Below, in pieces: positions 40,101 to 52,145 of a DNA stretch of 64,000 nt. The notes under the pieces are model-generated. The model saw nothing but the letters and a program-made list of their open reading frames with translations. It was not told the origin of the DNA and did not search any database. Position numbers and translations under genes: made by a program. Source of the stretch: Azolla caroliniana (Eukaryota > Plantae > Polypodiophyta); contig JBHGNT010000018.1 of assembly GCA_043228905.1 (NCBI GenBank), positions 10,106,001 to 10,170,000 on the forward strand, in the 5' to 3' direction. Each line of letters starts with the position of its first letter. Position 1 is the first letter of the stretch.

Positions 40101-43014
40101 GCACATTGTCTCTCGAGAGCACCAAGGGCTGCATATACACGAGAAACTCAAGCACAAGCGGCCTCCTGTAAGGAGAACCTAGGTCCTGTAAATATTACTC
40201 CTAGGTATGTGTAGGAGCATGTGTATTCCACCTTTTCCTCTCCCAAGAAGAATTCTGGTTCTGATCTTGTTACCCATGCTTGGGTGGTGTTAAACACCAT
40301 CACTTTAGTTTTATTCATGTTGATTGACAAACCTTTGTCTGTACAAAATAGTTTTTAGGCATTTAGGTGTCTTTGTAGTCCCTCCGGAGAGTCAAAAATC
40401 AGCACAATATCATCAACATATAGTAATATTTGTATAGCTATACCTACTAGGTGTGCTCCGGAACCCCCAAATCTCTCTATGTACTGTGATACCTCATCTA
40501 TATAGAGACCGAAGAGTGTGGGGGATAGTGGGCATCCTTGCTTCAGGCCAATTGTGCTAGCCACCGCCTCTGACAAGCCCTTAGAAGACCGCACTTTTCC
40601 TGACACGGATTCATAGAGTGCATAGATTCCCCATTGCATATCTATAGGAACACCAAGGGCTTCTAGCCGCTGCATAAGCTGAGCACGTGGCACAGTGTCA
40701 AAGGCTTTTCGGAAATCCACAAAGCAGCAATAAATCCTCTTATTGTGGGCTCTGCCCTCCTCAATAAGGGCCTAGAGGGTGAATATGTGATCCAAAGTTG
40801 TGAACCCCTTCCGAAAGCCTGCTTGTCCAATTGAATGGCAGCCATTTTGCTCCGCCCATATACTAAATTCTGATTCTAGAATCGAGCCATATAGTTTAGC
40901 CAAGTAATGGCCAATCATGATTGTCCTATAGTTGCTTGGCATCATGGGGTCTCCACTCTTGAGGATTGGCACAATGGTATGTTGAGTCCATCTAGTAAGA
41001 AAACCTTCACACATGGCTCTATTAAAGATGTGTGCTAGCAATGGGAGCAAGGTGTCACGGGCATAGATAAAGTGCTCACCCACCAATCCATCATGATCTT
41101 GGGCCTTCCCAAATTGTAGCCGATCAATGGCATTTCTTACATTTTGTGGTGTAAAGAAGGTTGATTCATGTGGGCGTGAGGCATTCGGGTGGGGAAGAGG
41201 AGGTTGCCCCGGGATATCATATAGAACCTTTGCATATTCCTGCCACACCTGAGGTGAGGTCAGTTGTGTGGTGGGTTGCCTCTCATTAAACATTTTCCAT
41301 GTTGTTTTACTCTCTTGTCCTAGAAACAAGCAATACAAATGATCTTCAAATTTAGCCAAATACAATCTCTTCTTCTTCCTCACGAGGCGTTGGAAGGTTG
41401 CTCTCGCTTGGTTGTGTGTATAAATGCCCCAAGTTACATCACGCTGCAAGCATCTCCTTGTATCACGACATTACTCATCATACCAACTATTTTGTATTAC
41501 TCTACCAAGTTTGGGGGGATTGGCCGTTGTGTGAGGGAAGGCATTTGTGGCTGCTTTATGCAATGATTTGGATAAACCTGGGTAAGTTCTTCAAGGGGTG
41601 CGAAAGGATCCAAATCTAGCATGCCATTGTATACACCACAACTATACACATCAATTGTCTCGCAAGTGAATAGATACTTAGCCAGCCCACTCTCCTTAGC
41701 ATATAAAAACTGAAATGGTGTCCATCTTGGAGAATACCAAAACAAAATAAATATAAGCAAGTTCGTAAACATTCCTAGGTTATGCCAGTTATCCATGAGA
41801 GAAGACACGACAACACCACTGAAAAGGCAATAGGTTGCCATGAAGCCCATAAGTCAGGAACAATAATTGCAGAGAACGATCCACGGACCCCTTAGACACA
41901 TAAACATGCAACTGAACCCAATCCCTTGCCTATTAAGCCATTCATGTGACAAACTATTCATTGCCGGATCAGATCCATTAATGCTAGCCCCTGTGATTTC
42001 GTGAGCTCTAAATGCAAGGCTCTATACTCAGTGAGTTTTCCTCCAAGAAAGTGTAGTTAAAAGAATCGGGATTGCCACAGATCAAACACTGGATTGCTTT
42101 TATATATGCCCATTTCGAGCACTACTCTTCTACTACTTTGAAAGTTTATGCCTAAAATCTTTAAATTTATAGTTTGTAAGTCTCTTTACTTGGCCATCAC
42201 AATATCTTAGGAAAATTTGGTAAGATGATTAAGAATCAAAGTACTCCAGCCCAATATTTTGCCAGCAAAGATATTTAGTCCATGGGCACTAATACCTATC
42301 CAGTTTGGGAATCATTGTAAATTACTATCCATCTCAAAGAAAGAAAAGGCATTAACTCCATTAATCTCCAACAGCCATCCCTCCTCCACAAATGCACATT
42401 ACAATCATATTTATATTATATTATCTCCAAGTTTTAGTTATATCACTCATAACCTGATGCTATTTTCGTCTTCATGGTCAAAATAGTCAACACATTTAAT
42501 AACTTCATTTTCAAATTCTGCATGCGAACGATAAAGTGTTGTCTAGTGTTGTCTAGTGTTTTGGTTACATGACTCTCAACCAATTTCATTCCAAAACATC
42601 ATCTCATTGTCATGTTTTGAAGCATTTTTCACAATTTAGATTTCAACTCTAACACCTTCAAATACAGAGGATAAAAATGCATGTCTACATTTGGCTATAT
42701 CACTCACAAACCCAGTTTCATCATCTTCTTTTTCATCTCTGTCTTCGTTTCCCTTTGCATTTCATTTTCTAGATATTTATTGCAGCTCATATGCTTTATC
42801 AACAATTTACAAGACTTACCAGACTGCTGTTGCATCTCTCAAGATCGAGGGCTTTGATTGCGACAAACTCATTGAGAGGGATGCATTTAGCTCTATAGAC
42901 GATGGCACTAACACCTTTGCCGATTTCTTCTAAAAGCTTGTATTCAGATGCAGCCAATGGATACATCTTCTTCTCAGCCCGGGGATCCGAGGAGAACGAG
43001 GCCTTCCTCTCCAT
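16144..43014 (-). CDS. STE20-family MAP4K Ser/Thr kinase (FRAY2/OSR1-like, BLUS1-related), 22 coding exons, ~767 aa
   Basis: Exons: 43014-42820, 28847-28593, 28383-28259, 26901-26857, 26761-26680, 26597-26529, 26451-26281, 25747-25682, 24418-24350, 24273-24112, 23998-23934, 22302-22261, 22149-21874, 19232-19135, 19002-18896, 18680-18615, 18505-18401, 18062-18011, 17805-17750, 17676-17615, 16365-16314, 16227-16144. Total 2304 nt with phases consistent. Motifs [57 protein letters not shown] and a C-terminal coiled coil LERQLNAI. Low-complexity middle exons are less certain. Confidence 0.9.
16595..17228 (+). mobile_element. 5'-truncated 3' end of RTE/RTEX-like LINE (family B) with internal duplication
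   Basis: Near-identical to 38660-39200 (opposite strand). Ends in (TTTC)n. Block cttgagaatctcacatgtgccg is duplicated at ~16888 and ~17028. Confidence 0.85.
19610..19890. repeat. Degenerate ~24-bp tandem repeat in kinase intron 13
   Basis: Recurring gctagtgaNNaNccNccctta-like units. Confidence 0.55.
20130..20590 (+). mobile_element. Old RTE/RTEX-like LINE fragment
   Basis: aaggttggcatttatgttatcaaaacaattggctgaa resembles the reverse complement of 39770-39810. Confidence 0.6.
27205..27915 (-). mobile_element. Diverged LINE family-B 3' fragment
   Basis: Minus strand encodes [31 protein letters not shown] and carries the ggccattttggcctcttaaaag tail motif. Confidence 0.75.
29030..29248 (+). mobile_element. 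Short LINE family-B 3' fragment
   Basis: ctggatcgacctatgctagag..cttgagaatctcac matches other copies. Confidence 0.75.
30199..34965 (+). mobile_element. Non-autonomous/decayed copia with both LTRs (30199-30662; 34291-34965) and 5-bp TSD AGGAT
   Basis: TG..CA LTRs. TSD at 30194-30198 and 34966-34970. Degenerate PBS cagtatcagagc and PPT gagggggag. gag/PR/IN remnants; most of RT-RNaseH is missing after ~34060. Confidence 0.92.
34587..34868 (+). mobile_element. LINE family-B 3' fragment inserted in the copia 3' LTR
   Basis: Absent from the 5' LTR; matches the LINE tail and ends in (TTTC)n. Confidence 0.85.
35205..35980 (+). mobile_element. LINE family-B 3' end with a 200-bp tandem duplication (35171-35370 / 35371-35570)
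   Basis: ataagataacttttgtacttagg starts at 35171 and at 35371. Tail motif followed by (TTTC)n. Confidence 0.85.
36148..36692 (-). mobile_element. LINE family-B 3' end, tail-to-tail with the previous copy
   Basis: Reverse complement of 35205-35900. Encodes [27 protein letters not shown]. Confidence 0.85.
37750..38440 (-). mobile_element. Older decayed RTE/RTEX-like LINE fragment
   Basis: Similar to 39230-39830 (gctgccctatcaca; ataagtgccaaccttg). Confidence 0.65.
38650..41700 (-). mobile_element. RTE/RTEX-like non-LTR retrotransposon (family B), longest copy, disrupted ORF
   Basis: [77 protein letters not shown]; (TTTC)n tail. The endonuclease domain was not clearly found. Confidence 0.88.
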
Positions 43015-43099
43015 TACTGAATTCAGCTCATTAGGTTCCAGAAAGTCAGTAATGCTTTTGAACACTTTCTATGAAACTATGACCAACCGAGTACATTTT

Positions 43100-43345
43100 G
43101 GGTTGTAAACCCTAATCTCTGCCATGATTGTTATATATTGTGGTTTTCAAGGTATCTTGTAAACCCTAATCTCTAGCGTGATTTAACAATTTGTAGCTTT
43201 CAAGGATCTTGAGCAAAACCCGAATCTGGGTTGTGCTTTGAAGATCTGTCACTTTTCAAATGTTTTTGTAAACCTAATCTCTGCCATGCTCTTGATAATT
43301 TGTGGTTTTCACAGGTCTTTTGTAAACCCTAATCTCTGCACGCTT
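43100..43345. repeat. About five degenerate ~54-bp repeats with telo-box-like core AAACCCTAATCTCT upstream of the kinase ATG
   Basis: Cores at ~43107, 43161, 43216, 43270, 43324. Confidence 0.65.
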
Positions 43346-43574
43346 GAGATGAATATGTAGCTTTGATCATTAGTAACTTTCACAGGCATTTGCGTAGGCC
43401 TTATTCTTTACCACGGCTTCGAGCATATGTAGGTTGGGAGAGGGATTGTAAACATGTGGAATGGTAGAGCAGAAGCAAACCCATGGAAAGCAGAGATGTC
43501 TGCCTAATTCGTCTAACTGAGAAAGAAGGGTTCAACTACTCTGAGTTAAAGAAGGAGATCGCCATAGCCATAGG

Positions 43575-43576
<2 letters not shown>

Positions 43577-43608
<32 letters not shown>
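43577..43608. repeat. (GA)n microsatellite in the kinase 5' region
   Basis: gagagagag tract. Confidence 0.9.
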
Positions 43609-43611
<3 letters not shown>

Positions 43612-44599
43612 CCCATTAACAGAAGAGGAGAGAAAAAGAAGAAGAGGGTCCTTGTTATGTTAAAAAGTAAGTGATATTCAAACACACAAGTACACCCCAT
43701 CCATCCATCCATCCCTCCCATGTTTTGCTTCTAAGTTCTGTGTCACCATCCATCACCACCACCACATCATCATTAGACTTTTTACTATATATGTATTGTA
43801 TACATATGTATCACTCACTCTCTATACATATTGGTGGTGTCTTGGTTCTTCTTCTTCTATTCATGATTCTCCCCACCCCCCTATAGAGCTTCAAGTGAAT
43901 GAACAAAAGGTATCGTATGAGATGAATCTCTCGGCGAATTCATGTCATCCGTTTTGAAACAGAAACAATAAGAACTCTTAAGCTCCATTTTCATGATCAT
44001 GGATTACTCTTTCATATGGTTTACATGCCTAACATGAGTGGCTAATGTGTCTCGGAGTACTACTTATGGTTTGACATTGAATCCCAGGCTACTAGTTGGT
44101 GTGGTCAAACAAGGCTATGACAAAGTTTAGTGCCCTCATGCATATCAAACATGATGAGCAATTGTCTCCATGATCTAGTGATGGTTTGCATCTAGAAACC
44201 AAGAGTACAAGAAAAAGGGAAAAAGTAAAGTCGTGCAGACAAATGGCAATGTGCAATCAAACATGCATGATTTGAGACAAGCCTCTCATGTAGACAAAGA
44301 GAACATTGAAGGATGGCAAATATCAAACAAATCCTTTAGAAGCAAGGCACTCGTTGTGGTGAGGAACTACACGCATGCACCTAAGAATCAAGGTTCATCT
44401 TTATAGGTTAATGCTTCAATGCTCTCTTCCGTCTCAGAAGCCTGGAAAAGGGTGAGTAGCAGCTCATATGTGCACATTTACAAAGAAAGATCAAATGCCG
44501 ACATTAGTCTTCATGCAAATAAGCATGGTGGTGATACTAATATGCAATCGGATTAGTACTATGCTTTGTTTCATATCTTCACCCATATTATTCATGCAT

Positions 44600-45400
44600 A
44601 AAAAAGTCAATGTGTGTCTTTGCAACCCTAGTAAATGGAAACTATTTTGGAACTATATTATCTCTTCTCGAGCACATGTAATTTGTGTTCAAGAACATAA
44701 GCAAGTTGAATTCAGTGGTCAAGGTGGTCCATTTGGAGTTTTTAACATCTTTTATGCAATTCAAGGTACAACATATGGAGTGTTTATGATCATAAAACAT
44801 ATGAGCCCAACCCAATGGTTGCCTATAATGATCAATGTGGGAGGGGGATGGTTGTGCAATGCATCATAAATGGAGAGACATATGATTTTGTTGGAATATG
44901 TGCCTTGAATGCCTTAAGGGGAAGAACTTTATTTTGGCAAGACATTTGTGCTTATTCATGGCCACAAAATGCATTTATATGTGGAGACTTCAACAACTCT
45001 CCAAATGCAAGTGATAACACTAGAACATATGTTGAGAGAGGAACAATGTCAATAGTAATATGAAAAGCTCACTCGATTGGGCTGATTTATGGAAAATGAC
45101 GCACCACATGTTCATGGGTTCACCTTTCATCTCACCACCCATTCCTCATACTATGCAAGGCTTGATAGATGGTATTTGTTGCATGCTAGTAGTCAGTATG
45201 AAAAATTCACACGTACAATGCATATAGATCATGCTTTGCAGTTTTTTAATCATGCTCTTATCTAGCTAGACCTTGATTTTGGGAATCATTCCTATGAAAT
45301 GCATCTACAAAAGAAGAGACTTTGATCATTAACAACTACTTTGAGCATGAGCTATTCAAGAGGATGGTCTATGACATAACACCTTCTCTTTGTGCAGAAG
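44600..45400 (+). mobile_element. Decayed L1-type LINE AP-endonuclease fragment
   Basis: VICVQEHK, FICGDFNN, GFTF..ARLDRWY motifs with stops and frameshifts. Confidence 0.65.
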
Positions 45401-45449
45401 TCAACATAGATGTTGATAGTGGGTACATTTGGTACATAGATTACTATTG

Positions 45450-46984
45450 AGAATCAAGCTCAACTCATCTTAGTGTGTGAACATGCTAGAGAGCTGCAAA
45501 CCACCACTATGTAATATAATTAATGTGTCATAGGAGTTACATTCTATGACACGTAGTTAATGAGATTCCCAACTCCCCAAGATTCTAGAAAGTGAGTGAG
45601 TGTTTTAGTGAGAGGGTGACCTTATATAAAGCACCCTCCTCTTGCTTTGTAGTTGTTGGTTAATCTCCCATGTAATGCTCTTATTTTGTGTAGTCACTAT
45701 TCTCTATTCGTCTCTTCTCTCTCTTTCACACACACATAACCCACATCTCTAATCTATTCCATTGCACATAATCACACTCGATTCTTTACATGGTATCAAA
45801 GCGATTTAGTAGCTCGATCCAACCCATCCTTGTGTGTTGTGTTCTACACTGACGAATCAAGAAGAACCGGCTCATCACTATCATAGTGCCACTACATATC
45901 TCGTGTCTGAGAGAAAGAAGAAGAAGGAAATCTACGTTGACCATCATGAATACTCAAATGGGTCTAGTTCTCTTCCCAACAAGAATTTGGATCAAAACAA
46001 CTTTTCATCTTGGGATTACAAGATGCAACAATACCTTGTCGAACAAGGCAATTGGGGCTACATTCAACGAGCACAAGAAAACAAACCCGACCCAAAGGAC
46101 GCCGACTACTCAACATGAGAGCAAGCAACAAGTCAAGTAATGTATTGCTTGGCGACATGTGTCCATGACCATATGCTCGACTACATTCGAGAATCCAAGA
46201 TGTTGAAGGAAGTGTGGGAGAATCTTAGGAAGATTTTCACGGCCAACGTAATCACACACAAGCTTCAACTCTGCCAAAAGTTGAACAATGTCCAACAAAA
46301 GGACATGCCAATCACAAGTTATACCTTGAAGATCAAGGAGCTATGTGACTCACTCGGCTCAAACAATGTCAATGTTGATGAAGAAGAAATGGTACAAATA
46401 TGTCTCAACAGCTTCGCACCACAATTTGGCACAATAAGAATTGCTATCCTAACAAGAGGGAATCCACCCTCCTTCTTCGAACTTCAATCAATGTTGTTGG
46501 TCGAAGAAAAACACGTCCGAACAAGGGAGAAGCAGACAAGGTTAGTCTCATGAAGGCAACTCCCAATTTCGGCAAGAAAGTAGAAACAACCATGGAATGT
46601 TCGAAAGAAGGAGGAGCTTTCATGTCAGACCAAACCGACAAAGAAATCACGTGGAATGCGACTATTGTGGTAAGTTCGGTTACCACAAGGAGGAGTGCTG
46701 AAAGAAGAAAATTGAGTCGGCCTCCACAAGCCGGCAACTCACTAACTATGCCACCAACACTGATTTTGAAGATTATGGTGGAATGTTTATGATGAGGCAT
46801 AAAGAAAATCCTATGTTAGTTTCTGACTTGATCGACACCTTGAACTCAAAAGACGTATGGTTTGTCAACATTGGTGCCTCGAACCACATGACATCTCATG
46901 GAGAGTGGTTCCATGACTTGTGGACACCCGATCATCCCAGCTATGTGGAGACTGGAGATGACACCACACATCCAATTCGGCATA
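45450..46984 (+). mobile_element. Truncated copia (LTR, PBS at 45791, gag, protease)
   Basis: tggtatcaaagc PBS; CDYCGKFGYH knuckle remnant; VWFVNIGASNHMT. Confidence 0.8.
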
Positions 46985-47702
46985 TTGACCTCATACACAT
47001 ATGTAAACGTTATATACAACCAATTAATTACCACTACAACATCATTGAATCATTGAAAGAAAACACACATTAACTATACATGATTAAATTGGGAGAAGAA
47101 AAAATAGAAAAAGAAGAAGAAAGAGTTACCGAAGTTCCTTTGTTGATAGCTATCTGGATCAAGCTTGATCGTACATCGATCGATCGCCATCCAACAAGAA
47201 AAAAACAATTACCAAAAGAAGCATTATAAACATGGCTCGGATACCAATGGTTAGAGTTAAGATATAATGTAAGCATATGATAAGGATAAAAGATAGATAA
47301 ATAAGAAAGGAAAGAGAGAAAGAAGGGTGTCGATCCACCCAACCACCCCCGAGCGAAGGGATCGAGATGAACTCGAGCCTCGATCAACGTCCCATACCAT
47401 CGTCGTGGCGTCAAGTCATACTTGGTCCTGGCACGCTCGCTACAAGAGTTGACCCACCAAATTGTCAGAGTCTCGACGTGGCTGATAATGTGTCCAATGA
47501 GGGTAGCGAAGCCTCATATTTATAGCCAGACCTAAGGCCCCTAAGCAAGTTCACACTTGGCCTAATGGGTTGTCTCAATCCCGAGGATTAAAAGTAATCC
47601 TCCCCTTCTTTACACTCTCGTTTAACCCTCACACTTTATCCACGTGTATAGAATACTACGGTAAATTCTCACACGGGATATTATATAGTCATGCTTGTAA
47701 CA
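46985..47702 (-). repeat. LTR-like repeat, copy 1 (inverted relative to 51381-52145)
   Basis: Reverse complement matches 51381 onward; TGTTACA start. Confidence 0.75.
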
Positions 47703-48296
47703 AGTAAAACATTGGAATCCCGCCACTGCACTAGATTCTCCTTGCTCTATTGGTGTTGTGTGTGCAACTATGGTTGCATTTCCGGGCCCTCCGGATCCAA
47801 GGATTGTATTGATATTGCCTCGTATCTCAATGCAGTTGACGATTATCCCTCCGATTGTTATTTGGTGGTGGTCGATGATCGTCTTATTCGGGTTTGTCCA
47901 TTTGACGTTGATTTTGGGATATTCGGTTGTCCCCATAATGTCATGAAAATATACCAAAACTCCAAGACTTGTAATAAGGATTTGAACCCATGACCTCTTC
48001 ATAGATAATGTGTAACTTTAACCACTAGGATACATCATATTACATTTATTAAATTGTAAATTCTTATATTACAGGAAGAAACATGTCTAATAGTGTGAAT
48101 TGTTGCTACCGCAAAGGCTAACGCATGATTACCAAGTGTCCTGCTTGCATGAATGCCAAGTGGCATGCTTTCTCATTCTTTTCTTCCTTTTAAACTTGTC
48201 TTTGGCTACGGCCCAGACAGTTTGAACCGGAATCCCTAACCTTCTTCATTGTAATCTTTTTTTCCAAGGAACTTCTCATCCTATCTTCTCATAACC

Positions 48297-51200
48297 ATGG
48301 CAACAGTAAGTGAACAAGAATATATGCGCGCTCTAGGTGAACTTGAATGTTTGAACACCAAGTTCATGGCCTTGGAGCAAGAGAATCAAAGGCAGCTCGG
48401 GGATTTATAACAAGTGAATGTCGAGAAAGCTCAACAACAGGAGGAATTAACTCAAAGGGTTCACCAACTTGAAGTGGCATTAATAATATTGTGACAACAA
48501 GCATTACAAGCACCGGATTCGACAAAAGAACCCAAGATAAGTCTCTCGTCGAAGTTTAATGGTACTCGATCACAATTTCGAGGATTTCTAAATTAGGTAC
48601 GTCTAGTATTTCAAATGCATCCCACTCGATATCCAACATATTCGGCACGAGTAGGGTTTGTCGGAACTCTATTAACCGGTACAACATTGGCTTGGTTTGC
48701 GTCGTTACTTGAGAAAAAGTGCCCTATTTTGGATAACTTTGATGAGTTTATCAAAGAGTTCCAACCTTGTTTTGGAGATACTAATAGCATGAGAACAATT
48801 ATTAATAAGATTCGAAAGTTGCGACAAGGGGAGTGCTCAGCCTCAGCCAATGCGGCTGATTTTCACCTTCTTGCATGTGACATTCCTTGGGATGAAGAGG
48901 CATTGATGGATCAATTCGTCACGGACTTCGTGATGATGTGAAAGACTTGCTTCTCACTTTTCATGAAGATCCAAAATCTCTTACTGAGGCGATTAGTCGA
49001 GTTGTACGATGTGACAATCGATTATTTGAGCGACGCTCTAAGCATCAACAATGGTCTCAACCTCGATCAGAGCAGACATATGCATCGGTAACATCACTAC
49101 CTACATATGGAACTATGCAGGTTCCTATTTCTAGCCCAATAAGTGGTCCTACTCCAATGGAAATTGATTCTACACGTTGTCGAGGACCTTTAACAGAAGC
49201 TAAAAAGCAGAGACGTCGGGCGAACTGCCTATGTTTATATTGTGGTGGTCCAGGACATATAGCGATAAGTTGTCCCCATCGACCTAGGCGTCAAGTTTAC
49301 CAAGTAAGTGCTAGCACTAAATTGGATCTTGATTCTCCAAATACATCTAGCAATCATAGTAGCCCTATACCTTCAAATCGTTTTGAAGTACTTAGCCAAC
49401 TAGATGAGGTGTTAAACAAGTAAATCTAGCCAAAATAGGAGCCCTTTGGTTGGACAACCCAAAATTTGTAGAGTCAGTCCATAGTAATGGTTCCATTTCA
49501 TCGAACCCAGTTAATAGGGTTTTTGTTGCACATGTCAAGTTTAGTACCTCTAGATGTCATCAGGTCTTCACATATGCTCTCTTAGATTCGGGAGCCAACT
49601 CTTGTTTCATGGACCAAAATTTTGCCTTGACACATAATATCTTATTAAAACCATTGCATTGTCCAGTATTAGTCACAGTAATAGATGGTTGACCCATTGC
49701 CTCTGGAAATATAACTAAAGAGTCTGAATCATTTCATGTAGTTCTTGGTGATTTAGCTTGTGTCATCTTATTCAATATCATACATAGTCCAGAGCATCCG
49801 ATTGTCCTTGGTCTACCTTGGTTTTAGCTTCACAACCCCCATATTGACTGGAGAAAACGAGTTATCCTAAAATCCAAGAAAAACCATATATCAAATTTCC
49901 CTATTACTTATAACCCAAATTTAGAATGCCATCAGATCTCAACAATATCTTTGGAAAACTTACGCAAAGAGGGAGAGAAAGAAGAAATGTTTATATTTGC
50001 GATAATAACAATGCCAACACCAACTCAACAAAAGTCGAGTACCTTTCTTCCAACCAAGTATCAAGAATTCCACGATGTCTTCAATAAGGACAAAGCTGAT
50101 AGACTCCCCGAACATCAACCTTATGATTGTCCTATTGATCTTCAGCCAGGAAAAGATCCACCATGGGGACCCATTTATAGTTTATCACCAGTAGAGCTCA
50201 AGGTTCTTCGCGACTATATTGATGAAAATTTAGCTATTGGATTTATTCATCATTCCAAATCTCCTGTTGGCGCACCAATATTTTTTGCCAAGAGAAAGAT
50301 GGATCGCTTCATTTGGTCGTAGATTATCGAGGATTAAACAAAATCACAATTCGAAACAGGTATGCCTTGCCTTTAATATCAACACTTTTGGAGCGGTTGA
50401 ATGGAGCCAAATACTTTACAAAGATCGATCTTAGAGGTGCTTATAATCTAGTTCGAATTCGTCTGACTGATGAATGGAAAATTGCATTTCACACTCGATA
50501 TGGGCATTTTGAGTATATAGTTATGCCATTCGGTCTTACAAATGCTCCTGCGGTTTTTCAACATATGGCCAATGATATTTTCCAAGACTTCTTGGATATA
50601 TTCACCATCATTTATTTGGATGATATCTTGATATTTTCCAAGACTCAAGAAGACCATGATGAGCATGTACACCAAGTTCTACGACGATTACAAGAATATG
50701 GTCTCTATGCTAAACTTGAGAAATGTACTTTTGATCGCAATCAAGTGGAATTCCTAGGGTACATAGTATCACCAGAAGGAATATCTATGGATCCAGCAAA
50801 GGTGTAAACAATTATAGAGTGGGAAACACCACAATCTATGCATGATGTCCAATGTTTCTTGATATTTGCGAATTTTTACCACCAATTCATCAGGAACTAC
50901 TCAAAGAAGGTGTTGCCTCTTACACAATTAACACATAAAAACCAACCATTCATATGGAATTCTAGTGTTGTTGACGCATTCGAAAGCTTAAAACATACGT
51001 TCACATCATCTCCTATTTTGATCCATGCTGACCAAGACAAACCTTTTATTTTGGAAGTTGATGCATCAGATTTTGCAGTCGGGAGTGTCCTATCACAACC
51101 CAAAGAAAATGGGATATGATATCCAGTTGCTTTTCGATCGCGGAAATTTGAAGCTGTGGAAATTAATTCTGAGATTCACGACAAGGAGCTTTTGGCTATT

Positions 51201-51380
51201 GTAGACTCTTTTGAGCATTGGTGCGAGCATTGGCGCCACTTTTTGGAAGGTTCTCCCCATGAAATCATTGTATATAATGATCACAAGTACCTAACATATT
51301 TCCAGAATGCTCGAGTTTTAAATCGTTGACAGGCAAGTTGGGCACAATTTCTTACATGCTTTGATTTCTTGATTGTGTAT
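48297..51380 (+). mobile_element. Decayed Ty3/gypsy internal region (gag, protease, RT, RNaseH)
   Basis: PTPMEID, CLYCGGPGH, ALLDSGA, VDYRGLN, YLDDILI, VDASDFAVG; many stops. Confidence 0.92.
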
Positions 51381-52145
51381 TGTTACAGGCATGACCATAT
51401 AATATCCCGTGGTGAGAATTTACCGTAGTATTCTATACACGTGGATATGTGTGAGGGTTAAACGAGAGTGTAAAGAAGGGGAGGATTACTTTTAATCCTC
51501 GAGATTGAGACAACCCATTAGGCCAAGTGTGAACTTGCTTGGGGGCCTTGGGTATCACTATAAATAAGAGGCCTATCTACCCTCATTTCATCATCTTTTA
51601 ACTACGCCGAGACTCTATTTCATGGTGGTTTATCTGTTATAGCGAGCGCGCCAACACCAGGTACGACTCGATGCCACGACGGTGGTATGGGACGCCGATC
51701 GAGGCTCAAGTTCGTCTCGATCCCTTCGCTCGGGGGTGGTCGGGTGGATCGACACCCTTCTTTCTCTCTCTTCTTTCTATCTATCTATCTATCTATCATT
51801 CTTTTCTCCTAATCATACGCTTATATTAGATCATATCTCTAATAGTTGGCATCAAAGCTCATGTTCTAATGTTTCTTTTGTTGTCTTTTGTCTTCTTGAT
51901 TGATGGTGATCGATCGATGTGCAGTCGGCCTTGATCCAGACAACGATCAACAAAGGAACTTTGGTAATCTTTCTTGTTTTTTGTTTCTATTTTTTCTTCT
52001 CTCTTCTAATCATGTATATGGTCATATGTAATTTTTTCTTCATTAATTCAATGATGTTGTAGTGGTAATTAATTATGCGTACGAGGTTAATACCTCAATT
52101 ACGTATTACGTTCAGAAACATATGTTACGTTTGTGTATGAGGTCA
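51381..52145 (+). repeat. LTR-like repeat, copy 2, truncating the gypsy after RNaseH
   Basis: Starts TGTTACA; contains ctataaata; inverted match to 46985-47702. Confidence 0.75.

Noticed and set aside
43015-43065. Longer kinase N-terminus from the ORF track
   Set aside because: Starts at a non-ATG codon; the first in-frame ATG is at 43014
47622-48002. 126-aa and 100-aa overlapping ORFs between TEs
   Set aside because: No recognisable motif or splice support
46985-52145. DIRS-type element with inverted terminal repeats
   Set aside because: Internal region has an aspartic protease and gypsy RT; no tyrosine recombinase seen
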